Of a stretch of 64,000 nt of DNA, positions 40,236-53,366 are shown piece after piece. The DNA comes from Lama glama (lineage: Eukaryota): positions 72,976,001 to 73,040,000 of the forward strand of contig CM052817.1 in the NCBI GenBank assembly GCA_028534125.1, in the 5' to 3' direction. The first letter of the stretch is position 1. Every line of letters starts with the position of its first letter. The notes beneath the pieces were generated by a model. It did not search any database, had not been told where the DNA came from, and saw nothing but the letters and a program-made list of their open reading frames with translations. A program made the translations under genes and the position numbers.

Positions 40236-41503
40236 GAAGGCATGTCAAAAACCAAGATGCTGGAAGCTAGGCCTCTTGGGTCAGTTAGCCAAGTTATGAA
40301 TCCAAAAGAAAAGTCCCTGAAGGAAATTAAAAGTGCTACTCCGCTGAACACATGAATGGTAAGGAAAAACAGCTTCATTGCTGATACGGAGAAAGTTCAC
40401 GTGATCTGGATAGAAGATCAGAACAGCCACAACACTCCCTTAAGCCAAAACCCAATCCAGAACAAGACTCTAAACTCTCTTCAATTCTGTAAAAGCTGAG
40501 AGAGGTGAGAAAATTACAGAAGAGAATTTTTAAGCTAGCGGAGGTTGGTTTATGAGGTGTAAGGAAAGATGCCATCTCCATAACATAAAAGTCCAGGGGA
40601 AAGCAGCAAGTGCTGATGTAGAAGCTGCAGCAAGTTATCCAGAGATCATTAATGAAGGTGACTATACTAAACAACAGATTTTCAATGTAGATGAAACAGC
40701 CTTCTCTTGGAAGGAGATGCCATGTAGGACTTCCATACCTAGAGAGAAATAAATGTCTGGCTTCAAAGCTTCAGAGGACAGGCTGACTCTCTTTTGTTAG
40801 TGTCTAATGCAGCTGATGACTAAGTTGAAGCTAGTGCTCATTTACCATTCCAAAAATCCTAGGGCCCTTAAGAATTATGCTCATTCTATTCTGCCTGGGC
40901 TCTATAAATGGAACAGCAAAGCCTGGATGACAGCACATCTGTTTACAACATGGTTTACTGAATATTTTGAGCCCACTCTTAAGACCTACTGATCATTAAA
41001 AAAAAGATTCCTTTCAAAATATGACTGCTCATCAGCAATGCACCTGGTCACCCAAGAGCTCTGATGGAGATGTACAACAAGATTAATATTGTTTTCGTAC
41101 CTAGTAACACAACATCCATTCTGCAGCCCATGGATTAAGTTGTAATTTCGGCTTTCAGGTCTTACTATTTAAGAAATACATTGTGTAAGACAATAGCTGC
41201 CAAAGTTAGTGATTCCTCAGATGGATCTGGGAAAGGTAAATTTAAAGCATTCTGGAAAGGATTCACCCTAGATGTCATTAAGAACATTCATGATTCATCA
41301 GAAGAGGTCAAAATATCAACATTATCAGCAGTTTGGAAGCAGTTGATTCCAACCCTAATGGATGACCTTGAGGGGTTTAAGACTTCAGTGGAGAAAGTAA
41401 CTGCTGAGACAGTGGAAATAACAAGAGGACCAGAATTAGAAGAACAGTTTGAAGATGTGACTGAATTGCTGCAATATCGTGATAGAATTTTAATGGATGA
41501 GGA
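40236..41503 (+). mobile_element. Tigger1 (TcMar-Tigger/pogo) internal transposase fragment, disabled
   Basis: [46 protein letters not shown] and FWKGFT motifs; stops and frameshifts; no TIRs seen. Confidence 0.93.
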
Positions 41504-42718
41504 GAATAAGGGGGTAGAGGTGCTTAGTGAATATAAATTCAGAAGAAGTTTAGTTTTACAATTCAAATAACTCATCCCCTTGGAGCAGTACCTGCCACTG
41601 GGTCAGACAGCTCAGTTCCTTGAACCAGGACCATTCTGCAGATAGGCTTTGGATGAACCCTGCTAATATTTGTTTCTGTGTTTTTTGGTCTTCCATTTTC
41701 TCAACACATTCTTCTTTTAGATGCCATCTTACTCTCTTTCCTTTAAGTCTTAAAACCCAGGAGCCATTCATTCCCCTAAGGTGACCCAGCTTATCAAGGT
41801 AACTGATCCATTCTGCATTGCTTTTATAATTTTAATTTTTTCTCTATATGTCTAACTTATTCAGAGATATCCCTTATTGAGGGATAACTATCCCTTATTG
41901 AGGGGTAACTCACTCTTCCTCTCTCTCCCGGGAATAGGCCATACTTCTATTTTTCCATAGTGATTAGAAGTAAAATCCTTAAAAGCAATAGGTATGTGTA
42001 TGTATTGGTAAGAACATGAAGCATATGTATGGGAGGGGAGAGATTGCTGACATTGCATCTTTGCAGCCATTCTTCCTTGGGATAGGAAGAGAAAACAAGA
42101 TGAATTTCCTGGGTTTGAAGCAAGAAAGAAAACAGTAGTGTTTTTACTGATCTGAGATTGAGAAGTAGCCACAAGGTTAATTATAGAAAGTACTCTAAAG
42201 GAGGTTTTGGACAGATGTTAATGTTTCTAGGCTTAGAATTTGAATAGAGAACTCTAATCTAGACTCAATATATGGATGTCAAGTTCAGAGCACATAAACG
42301 TGCTCCTTTCCCAGATTCCTTCATCTCACTAAATGGCAACTCCATTCTACTTGTTCAGGCCAAAAACTTAGGAGCATCCTTGATTTTTCCTTTTTACATA
42401 CACTCTTACAGCTAATATATTAGCAAATTGTCAACCTTTTCTTCAGAACTACTTCTCATAACTTCAGTTTCGTCATCCAAGCTACAATCATTTTTCTGCT
42501 ATAGTATTATGATAGATTCCTAATTAGACTTTTTAAAACTTATGGCAGATCATCTATTCAGGATCTTCCAGTGAAGTTTTTATATAGCTAATAAATTCAT
42601 AAAGAATGATAGAAATAAAAAATAATGATTTTTTACCTTCTAATGAAATAATAGAGCTGAAAATGATTTATCAATGGATGTTGAAACTGTTTAGTAAAAT
42701 GTTGGTGGGAAGCTTTCT

Positions 42719-42849
42719 TTTTTTTTTTTACTTTTTTTTTAACATTTTTTATTGATTTATAATCATTTTACAATGTTGTGTCAAATTCCAGTGTTCAGCA
42801 CAATTTTTCAGTCATTCATGGACATACACACACTCATTGTCACATTTTA
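42719..42849 (-). mobile_element. Young 5'-truncated L1 3' end nested in an older L1M 3'UTR (~42570-43310)
   Basis: Poly-T tail; TSD gggaagctttct / gggacgctttct (42707-42718 / 42850-42861). Confidence 0.85.
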
Positions 42850-45800
42850 GGGACGCTTTCTAATGGATGCGTTAGGCTAACAATACCTGAACCTACGGAT
42901 CGTTCTCAGTGTCAGCAAAAGTGAGGCAGACAAAAATAAAACTCCTTGTAATTTGATTAAGTAGCACATACCACATATAAAGGGTTCTTGCCTTAAAAAA
43001 TTGCACTCAATATAATCAAGCTTTTAAATCAGATTACCAGCACAGAGGATAGAGGAAACATTTAAACAACACCAAGAGGAAAAATATTAGGAAGTGATCT
43101 AGGAAGTAAGAAATTCTACAGGACAAGTGACATGATTTCTCTAACAAATGAATGGCATGAAAAAAGGTAATGGTGCAGGGAGGAGGGCTGTTATAGACGT
43201 TAAGAGGCCTAACAGGTAACTGCAGTGTGTAAACCTTGTTTGAAATCTGATTTGAACAAATCATGTATAAAAAAGATAATCAGGGAAAAAGTGAGTGCCA
43301 AAGACAAATATTTGTGAATTCTCGTCTAACTGAGAATAAAACCTAAAATCTTTCCCATGGCCTGGCCTGTGGTCTGACTCTGGCTCTTTCACAGATCTTA
43401 TCTCCCTTTCTCCTCCACTGCAGCTGTTCAGGCCCCCTACTTTCTCAGAATATGCCAAGCACAGTTTTGCCTCAGAGCTTTTGTGTTTTTCCTCTGCTTA
43501 TGATTCTTTTCTTCCAGATACCTAGTTGACTGGCTTCCTCATTGCCTTGCGGGTCTTTGTTCTAATTTTGCTTTAACAGAAAGGGCTGCCCTGACCACTC
43601 CATATAAAATAACCTCCCTTTCCCAGTCACTATCCTCACTTACTTTGAGATACTTGTTTTTTCATAGCATATCCCACCATCTGATGCATTTATCTGCTTG
43701 CTTGTTGTCATTCATCCCCAAGAGTGTTAGCTGCAAGGTGGCAGTCTTTATCTGTTTTATTGACAGTTGTATTGTCAGCACCTAGAACAGTGCCAGGCAC
43801 TTAGTACGTACTCAGTGAGTACTTATGAAATAAAAGTATAAACACTTGAGGCCACATTTAATAGATAAGTATCTCCTTTTCTCTCTTAAGTTGTTCCACT
43901 TATATTCTCATCCTTACCTAGAAGTAATAAAGGATTGCCAAGAGCCTCACTCCTCATTCTAGAACAAAACTGTGAGTCAGAAAACACAAAATATCAAGAC
44001 AGTTTATAACCAGAAACACTGAAAAAGTTATATTCTAAATGTGTTAGGCTTTTAGGCATCCAATAATATAGAAAGATTTTAATTTCAGTTTCTTTCATTT
44101 ACTAATGAGAAAGCTCTCTGAAATATGAAATGAGACTTTCAAACAATTGGCTTTCTAATTACTTCTCAAATATGTACCACAATATTTCTCATTTTCTTTT
44201 CAGATAAATTCCAGGATACAGCCCCTGAGTTTGCCAAATTGAGTATTTATTTACTTTAATCTATCAATATAATCTTAGCATTTGTTGTAGTAGGAGTCAG
44301 TATATGCCCTTTGTGAATAATAAGGTCTGAATTTAATCTATCTTAAAAGAAAGCTTGAATTTTTCCCCAAATTTATTATGCTTTTCTGTTTACCTATTAT
44401 TATATTTATATATATTGCTATTTCTTAATTTTCTTTTTTGTCATTCTATCACTTAGACTCATGTTTATTTATTACTCAGGACTTTGATTATAGGGACAGA
44501 AACCCAGATTAAACTATCTTAGGCAAAAGGTGGAATTTTTTATAAGGGTACTAGGTTTCTCAAGTACTAAGCAAACTATGGGCAGAGCAGAGCAGGGGTG
44601 TAACTGGTCCTTAGGGATGACTTCAATGCTGTGAGAACACTTTAAAAAAAAAAAAAAACACTCTCTCAATCGATTTCAGTACTCTCTGCAGAGTGTCAGA
44701 ACCCTAACCCATAGCACCTTCCTAGAGCTCTCAGGAGAATACTCTGTCTCTCTCCTCAGTTTCCATATAACTCTGAGCCATTCAAATGAGGTCTGGGGGA
44801 TAGCTATGGTCTAGGTTGGTCAGATAATCAGAGAGAGTCGTTCAAGAGCCTGAACATCCTCACAATAGTTAGATGTGAAAAAAGGGGACAAAAAAGGGAG
44901 ACATTTACAATAGCCAACACTTTGGGCTTCTACTAAAGTTAGCTATATATCTATGAATAATTAGAACAGAACACAGTATTCTGCCATCTAATGTAAGTGT
45001 AGTGCAATAGTTACTTCCTTGGGTTTATACAGTCTTAACTTTAGACTTTGCTTCAGCAGTGAAGTCACACTTGATGGCCTATACTGTGATACTTAGTATT
45101 ACTGAACTTTATTCTGCTATTCGGTTAAATCACTCAGTAAGCCTAGAAGAGGAAATAGATTAATCAGAAACAGATTTTTCATTCAGGGAAGAGAGAGATG
45201 GTTGCTGGGAGAGAGCATATAGTACTTTAAGCATAAATCCTAATGTCAGAATACAGTGCTACTAGAAAGCTAAACTCATTTCTGTTTTTATTTGAGAAAT
45301 GGGGAAGATTAGAAGGATGCAGGCACTAGTTGCTTAGAGAATTAAAGGTATTTATACTGGATATGTTACATGAATCAATAGATCTGTGGAATGGCAATAC
45401 CAAATGTTCTGCTTTTTACCTATGATCTCTTGATGGTCAATAAAACTGCTTTATATCTGTTAGCAAATAAAGATTGTACCAGGAAAAATAGCACCTTTAA
45501 TTTCATTGCTTTTTTTTAAAATTCTTTATGATAAAAAAATTTAGTTTTGGTAACATGGCATTCTCTTTTACAAAATCTGTCTGCTTTTTCTGCACGCACA
45601 TACATACATAATACTCACAAAGCATTCTGATCTCTCCTAACCCCAGGATTCTTACCATCTCTCAAAGGGGTACTTTCTGTCCAAGAATCCTGATACATTA
45701 GGAACTCAGTGTAATTTTGGTTCCCTGTGAGAGGATGGAGAGTCTCTCTGTCATCAATTTAGGCAGCAATAACGAGATCCACATTGTAAGTGAAAGTCTT

Positions 45801-46697
45801 ACCTCCTAACACTCCAGGAGTACAGGGGTTTGAGTGGCTGTGTCCCAAACCACCTTTCATACTATATTAGTTAGAGGACATATAGTTTATAATAGAGTGT
45901 GGTCATATCTTTGGAGCGAGTATAACAAAGGAGATGCTTACTTGACTACATGTAAGTTTCACTAGTAGGAGCAGAAGAGTGATTAGAATTTTTTAATGTT
46001 AGCTTTACTGAGGTATAAGCTACAAAGTTGTAAGATATTTAAAGTGTACATCATGGTGATTTGATATATGTATACATTGTGAGGAGAAATTAAAACTAAA
46101 GTTAATATTGGACCCTAGTTGGAAAAACTAATGTAATGAATTATTTGGCTAGTGTATATGTGCATTGATTTTCTTTTTCTTTTATTAGTGCAGACGTGAG
46201 AAGAAAACAAAAAGCACCTAAGCTTTGTATAAACATGATCCGACTATCTAACCACTCTTAATATATTGCATGTATCTTTTTAGATTTTTGTTGTTTTGCA
46301 AATGTTTAACAAAATTGGGAGCATACTCTTATGCGTTATTTAACACACCAATATTTTAGCAAGTTACTTTTCTTGATACAGTAAAAATAATGTGATAAAC
46401 TTTTAAATTTAATTATATTCTGTTCCATGTGGTAAATATAGTAAGTTAATTTATTATTACAGATTTAGTAAATATTAGGACCAGTAGAAAAATATTGGTT
46501 GACCAAACACTTTTAAATACATAACTAAGTTAAAAAATCTGGACTATTTATATTGTTAGGTAAGTGTGGTGGTTTCTTTTTTCAAATATAAGATACTGCA
46601 TATTAGTGAATTTGAGGAAATGTTTTATGTCATGATATTAACTCAGTTTTAGGATTAATTGTGATTTTTAAAGTTGTCTTTCTGTTTTTCTTCCCAG

Positions 46698-46746
46698 ATC
46701 CAAGTATTTTAGAACATGCTCAAGAGGTGAGCACTTAACTATAGAG
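46698..46746 (+). CDS. AP1AR: AP1AR exon 2 (49 nt; SKYFRTCSRGEHLTIE)
   Basis: Acceptor tttttcttcccag|, donor GAG|gtaagt; restores frame with exon 1 (83+49=132 nt). Confidence 0.96.
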
Positions 46747-47824
46747 GTAAGTAGAGTCGTGAATCTGATTGGACAAAAGTACTGTCAGAAGGACAGGAAG
46801 GACATTTGTTGTTGTTGTTCTTAGGGGAGAAAGGCCTGGACCTAAGTTTAATATGGTGCTAAATTTTCATATACTTCAGTATTGTTGATGCTAGTGAACA
46901 GGGAAAGCATTGGGAACAGTGAGTAGGGAGAACCAGCTTGCAGAAGATTAAGGTCCTGTTCTTCTAATAGAATTGCTGTTTCTACTTTAAGAAGTAGTGT
47001 TTTGTTTTCGTTTTTTTTCTGCCCTACACAACTGAGGCAGAGGGTACTCTTCTATCAGTTATAGTGGCTCGGTAGACAGTGATTCTAGAGACAGGTCACT
47101 GACCTGCTAGTTGAGGTGTGCCAGAATCAAAACACCTAGTTGATTTTCTGCAACTCCACTGTATGAAACTCTGAGTTGCTTATTCTTTGTATATAAGGAC
47201 ATAATGATAGAGTCTACCACTTACTCAGTCCCAACTATGTACCAGCTATTTTATCATACAGTTTAAGAATGTACAATTTTTACTACAATTCTGTTAAACA
47301 GGTAGCAGTCACCCCACTTTATCAGCGATAATTAGAGGTTTAGACAGGTGAAGAAATTGGACTATATTACACAACCTATAAGTGGCAGAACCTACAGCCA
47401 GTCCAAAACTGCATTCTGTCTTAAATAAAGAAGCATATAAACCAAGAATTCTTTTTTTAAAACAGATTACAAACCAGCACAAAATATATGTTCAAGATAA
47501 TAATTTTAAGCACTTTTGAGTCATTGCTTTAGAGTCTTGAATTTTCTAAGCCTTTTGAATTCATTGTTTTCTTAATCTTTAAACAATGAAACAATATTAA
47601 AATAGAACAATTTTCCATTCTTTCAAGTGGTTATTTGTCAAATTATTTGAAGTATAAGTATTTTAATAATATAATTTAATAGTAATGACTTTCATTTCGT
47701 CGTTTGACATGACATTCATCCCTTTATGATCAAATTGTTTACATTCCTATCCCTAGAAGGACACTGCACTGGGGATTAGCATCTGCCATCTGGTAGATTT
47801 TCAGTAAATAGTTATATGAATGAA

Positions 47825-47921
47825 TAGATGAATAAATATAAATATTACAAGAGAAATTCTTATTTGAGTGTTTAGATGAATAAATATAAATATTACAAGA
47901 GAAATTCTTAATTTGAGTGTT
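47825..47921. repeat. Tandem duplication, 48-bp unit x2
   Basis: tagatgaataaatataaatattacaagagaaattcttatttgagtgtt repeated with a single extra A. Confidence 0.95.
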
Positions 47922-48314
47922 TTTTAAGTCTGTTTCTTGAGGGACTTCTTATGACATTAAATAATTTTTTCCAAACTCAAGTGAAGTAAAAAATTCTGGC
48001 AGTGTGAGTTTAAAACACCCATGAAATATTCAATTCAGGTGAAAGTTTTAGTTTATGTTTCTGATTCATGTAGAAAATTGCTGTAATTCTTTTTCTTTTT
48101 CATATAGTCATAAATGGTATATTCTTGTCTTGGCTGTCTTATAGAACTGTTAAATATATCAAATGAACTAGTGTGTAAAAAGACATAACTTATACTTTAT
48201 CTTAAAAATATAAAGATATATTATTTTTGAAATGAAAAAGTGACTTAAAATTTTTTGTGAAATAGATACTTTAGACAAAGATTCATCCTAACACTTACTT
48301 TCTTGTTGTTTCAG

Positions 48315-48341
48315 TTTGAGAATCTAGTAGAAAGTGATGAA
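48315..48341 (+). CDS. AP1AR: AP1AR exon 3 (27-nt microexon; FENLVESDE)
   Basis: Branch-like cctaac, acceptor ttcttgttgtttcag|, donor GAA|gtaagt; continues the gadkin sequence. Confidence 0.95.
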
Positions 48342-49862
48342 GTAAGTATTTTCACATAAGTAGAAAATTTATATTTGTTCTCATTAGTTCTAACAATCAT
48401 TTTTAAAATTTTTTATTTTTATTTTAGAATTTTTGGTGTTTAGTTTTACTTTTTAGTTTCTTATCTCCTTCTTTTACTAATTTATATTAACAAATAATTC
48501 AGATTTTTCTACTATATAACATATAAAACTAATATACTATATACAGTTTCATATATCAATTATATATTATATCATATATATATATTAAAAAACAGGTTTT
48601 TAAAGCATTCTACAGAACCTGAAGAACTTTTTAAAAGACATTTCTAACCTCTTGCCATTAAGTAGGTAAAATTCCTCAACAATCCAGAGTAAACCCATTC
48701 TTTAACTATAATTTTCATAGATTTCTGAGGGTGAAATTTATCCATGTTTGTTCTATGATCGCTTTCTGACTTTAGCGATTATCTTTTTTATCATTTATTC
48801 TTTTTGTTGATTTTTACATTTCACTTCATCTAAAAATCTGTTTTAAGATGCATCCCAAATACAGAAATGTTAAAATGGAAAAAAAAGTGTGTTTTAGAAT
48901 TAGTGACATATGGTGTGTATTTTTTATGCACTGGCATAGTTATAAGAGTTTTAGTTTCTGTGTTAATTTCCAGCTTCACTGAACTGTTAGATGCGTTTGT
49001 GCAAATTACTTAAACTTCTTTGGGCCTACTTTCCACATCTCTAAAGTGAATTTGATTAGAAGAATATTACAAGCTTTTTTTTCCCCCATCATTTTTGTTT
49101 TTTAAGGAAAAAAGAAAATGTACCAAACCAAATTTAAATTGTTTAGCCAAGCGCCCAGAGTGTGTACAGAATGCTAGTCTCAGAGTGTAAATTATCATAT
49201 TAAAGGTTCTGAGAAGAACTGTTAAAGAAAATTATTTAAACTTGTTCAATTTAGCATTTCCCAAATTAATTTGGGTATAAATCTGTTTTTAAATAGTAAT
49301 GAGTATTTATTATCTGGTAGAACACATTTGGGAAACTGTCTTAGCCTTTTGTTTTCCCAGTGAATTTCTCCCAAATATTTTAATGTTTATTTAGTTTATT
49401 CCCCTTTCAAAGGTTACTTTAATTCTATTTTTTAAAACAAAGTCTTAACATATTTTTAAAGTTTCTGGCTAGTACTAAATGTCAGAGTTCTGTCAACCTT
49501 CAGCCGTCATCCCTGCATCATACTGCTTTTAAAAGAATTTGTGGTTCAGTGTGTTTTCCTAAGGTACATTTTGTTTGATTAACTTCTTTGTTTTTGTTTT
49601 TGCTAACCAGTCTTTCCTCTTCATGTCATAGTGTTTGGTTTAATCGAAAGTCATATCGTGTTTCGTAGTGCTTTTTCCTAAGTTAATTTGGATCATTTGG
49701 TGGAATTTTATTTCTGCTGTTGTTTAGTCATATATTTTAACTGTGAGATGTGAATAGCTTAAATGTGTACATAAATTCAAATCACTTGAAAGTATTTAGG
49801 TTTTGTTTTGAAGGAAAAAAACTATAGATAAAATGCTGTAATCCTGTGAAAGAGGACAAAAA

Positions 49863-50629
49863 CAGTTGATTCTCATTATTTGTGGTAGTTACATTTTGTA
49901 AAGTTGCTGAATGCTGAATTAGTGAATACTGGAACGTTACTCCTAGGGGGGAAATACAGGTTAGGTTCCTACAGGCTTCTGGTCACAACATTTTCGTCAG
50001 CTGATCAAATACATAACCTTGTTTTATGTTTCTCTTTGATACCTTATTTTAATGTATATTATTGATTCATTAAGTTTTTTTTTAATTTTATTTTGTTAGG
50101 GGTAGGGGGATAATTAGTTTTATTTGTACTGGAGATTGAACTCAGGACTTTGTGCATGCTAAGCATGCACTCTACCACTAAGCTGTACCCCCCCACCCCG
50201 AGTCATTAACCTTGAATTCACTACCAACAGCACTAAAAATTCATGCCTGAATGAAGTTTATGTAACACACGTATTTCCTCTATAAGGTATGTCACACCTT
50301 GTAATGAGGAACAATAGATAGCACTTCAGTACTACACATGAGGGTCATTTTAAACAGCAAAATCAACAACAAAAATAGCACAAAAATGCAAAAAACTGAC
50401 ACTGAATAGACTACAGAGAGGGCACAGTATGAGTGCTGAAACAAGGCAGAGCATCACCTTCCACCTCAAGTGGGCATGTTCACATTAGGCAACTCAGATT
50501 TTTGCTGCTCTGTGCAAGTTAATGAATGACCACAGAAGTGCAGGGAGTATTGGTTTTGATATTGAAAATAAATTTTAGCTCATAGGTGAATTTGCATATA
50601 CAGAATCTGTGAATAATGAATATCAGTTG
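49863..50629. mobile_element. MER82-like (TcMar-Tigger) non-autonomous DNA transposon, full length
   Basis: TIR-like ends cagttgattctcattatt... / ...aataatgaatatcagttg-ta and the characteristic internal sequence. Confidence 0.85.
50074..50199 (-). mobile_element. Camelid-type tRNA-derived SINE inserted in MER82
   Basis: Reverse complement reads GGGTACAGCTTAGTGGTAGAGTGCATGCTTAGCATGCACAAAGTCCTGAGTTCAATCTCCAGTAC (A and B boxes) plus tail; TSD gattcattaa / gagtcattaa. Confidence 0.9.
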
Positions 50630-50950
50630 TAAATGTTGAGAGCATAGAGAGTATGTTGTCTAGTCATCTTGCCCCAGAAGTTCATTTGGTATAGAGTAAA
50701 TATTTATTATAAAAAATTAGGAAATGTCCAGGAATTGGTTGTTATATAATTAAGGTAGATATTAAACTGAATTTTGCCTTTGAGAAGAGGTAAAATGTTA
50801 AAGCTTTTTGTTTAAAACACTTTTAATAATGAAATTTCTTATGATAAAACAGATAAGCAGAAAATATCTTAAGTAAAAATTTTATTGGCTTGCCTTAAAT
50901 AGAATTCAGTTAGTGAAATTTGTTTAATTGTTTAATTAATTTTTGTACAG

Positions 50951-50976
50951 GGGGAAAGCCCAGGAAGCAGTCATAG
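50951..50976 (+). CDS. AP1AR: AP1AR exon 4 (26-nt microexon; GESPGSSH-R)
   Basis: Acceptor ttttgtacag|, donor AG|gtaagg; phase fits exon 5. Confidence 0.95.
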
Positions 50977-51449
50977 GTAAGGCTTTTTAAAAATTTTTTT
51001 TAAAACGACTTCTATGTGAACTATAAGAAGCTTTCTAAGAATCCGGGCTCTGACATTTGCCTGCTTTGAGGCATTAAACAGTTTATATTTTAGGACCTTG
51101 GTTTTCTCTTTCCATAAGATTGAGACAAGTGTTAACATATCTCAAAAGATTGTTTTGAACATTGAAGAATTTAATATACATATGTGCCTAACTAAGTGCT
51201 TTCCTATTGAACTTATGCATATTTTATTTTTTAAAAACTGTATCTAATATTGATAAATACATTTCTTTGAATTTTTTAAAACTTTATCCCCCTTTTCTTT
51301 CCTTATGACATTCTAAAACTTGTTTACTAATCATGTTTTTTTTTTAATCTTATGTAAGTAATACCTCAAAAAACTAAAAGCACAAAAAATAAAAACAAAA
51401 CCCTAGGCAGAAGTTAGGGCTGGAGGAACAAAAGTAGGTGACGTTACCT

Positions 51450-52900
51450 TATACATGGCTGGTTAAAACCATGATAATTTTCAAGACCTGAGGTTGGGGA
51501 AGAGGAGAAAGTGGTGTGGTTGGAGCTTGGAGAGAGAGCTGTGATCTGAGAATTGAATAGGCAGACCCTAGAAGAGGAGTCAGAAGATAACCAAGAAGCA
51601 GTGGGTGCATAAAGAAGAATCAGTAAAGCATGGAAAGCCAAGGATAGAAGACAGACTGACAGACTGGTAGAATGTGGGGAAAGGTCAACATTGGCACATG
51701 AAACTGGAGTAATAAAATAAGAACTTAAAACTATCTATTGTATTTGGCAACATAGAAGCCATTGATTACGCTTGCTTAAGTTATCAGACTGATGAAAGCA
51801 GAGGCAGACTGTCAGGAGTTAATGAGAGAATAGGAAGTAAGGACACAGAACGTAAAGGAAACACAGTAGTTAAGAGCAAGGACCTAGACTACTTGGGTTC
51901 AAATTCTAGCTTTGCCTCATACTATATGACTTACTAGGACTTAATCTTAACCTGTCTTTGTCTCATTTCCCTCATATATATGATCCTTATATCTATCTTA
52001 CAGGGTTTTTGTGAGAATTAAAATTAGTAATATGTGTAAAGCACATAGATGAGAACTTGACACATAGTAAGTGCTAGATGTGCTACCAATAAACTTTTGA
52101 TTTCAGAAATTTTGGCTGAAATGGGAAGGAGAAGGAGCAGTAGTTAGAAATAGATACAGGTCAAGTTAAAGTTTTTCTTTCCTTCTTTCCTTCTTCCTTT
52201 CTTCAATGAAGAGAGGTGAAAACAGACAAAAAGGATAGACTAAAGATGAAAGAGAGGCCCTAATTGATGGAGCAGTGTCCCACAGAATTCCCTGGGGTGG
52301 GATGGGTGGGGTGAGGTGACACCAGTGATGAATAAGTCAAGTACAAGTATGGCAGTGGTGACCTTGAACAAGTTAAAAATGCTACCTCTTTAGAGGAAAG
52401 AGGATAGACTTAGATAAGAGGAGAACTGGCAAGAAGATGAGGAATTTGATGGTTAGAGACATGTCTCAAAGTGGGGTGATATTGACTTCTAAGAGAAAGG
52501 AGTTTGAATGATAATTTAAGGAGTGTATATGTGAAGGTTTTGAAGTAGTTAGCATAAGATATAAGAGGGAGTTGGCCATGTGTAAGTAAAGATTTATTGC
52601 TAGGGGCTGAGGGCCAAAAGATGTTGGATTTTCTTTAGCATCTCTGAGCAGAAAGGGTTAGTCATGATCCAAGGTCAGAGAGCGAGTAATCTGGGTGAAT
52701 AAGGCATAATGATAGGCATGCAAGAAGGTGAGTATGCAGGTAAGAGAGTACTTCAAATTTGCCATGGAGTCCCCACTGGTTATAAGTGAAGTGAGGCCAG
52801 ATAGACTACTGGGAGAAAATGGAAGGATCAAGGGCCTGGGGTGACCAGAGGGGTTGAGCAGAATAAACAGGAGGGGAGTGAGTATGAGAGCCGAGAGTCC
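51450..52900 (-). mobile_element. L2 fragments interrupted by a MIR (~51860-52080)
   Basis: GA-rich L2 antisense motifs (tatttggcaacatagaagccattg); MIR core gggttcaaattctagctttgcc...gtgagaattaaa. Confidence 0.65.
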
Positions 52901-53269
52901 CAGAATGATACAGGGGCTGAGGTCAGCGTAGCGTACAAAAGTTTCTATTTTATGATGAACATTTTGGAATATGGTCAGATGGCTGAAACAGAGCCAAAGT
53001 AAAGGTAAATGGAGGTAAATGTTCTGCTAAAAAGTACTCTGATGGTATATCATCTTACTCAGCTCATGTACCAAATTGTAATTAGCATTAGAATGTATGC
53101 TTTTTTACTCTAAAAATTGAAATCATAGCATCAAATTGCTCTAATACATTTTTGACAGTAAAATTTCAGAATTTCATTGATTTTATGAGTGCTTTATTAG
53201 ACGTGGGCTCATCAGTGCTTTTTTTTTTTTTTTCTTTTCTTCCCTTTTCTCCCTCATTTTCCTCTGTAG

Positions 53270-53366
53270 GCCTCTTACCAAGGAAGAAATTGTTGACCTA
53301 AGAGAGAAGCATTATGATTCTATTGTTGAAAAACAGAAAGATCTTGATATGAAGATCCAAAAAGAG
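53270..53366 (+). CDS. AP1AR: AP1AR exon 5 (97 nt; PLTKEEIVDLREKHYDSIVEKQKDLDMKIQKE)
   Basis: Long polypyrimidine tract ending ctgtag|, donor GAG|gtaaat; start of the coiled-coil region. Confidence 0.96.

Noticed and set aside
40552..41570. Domesticated TIGD-like transposase gene (ORFs of 66, 61 and 129 aa)
   Set aside because: Broken by stops and frameshifts, with a catalytic Asp lost; ordinary Tigger1 decay.
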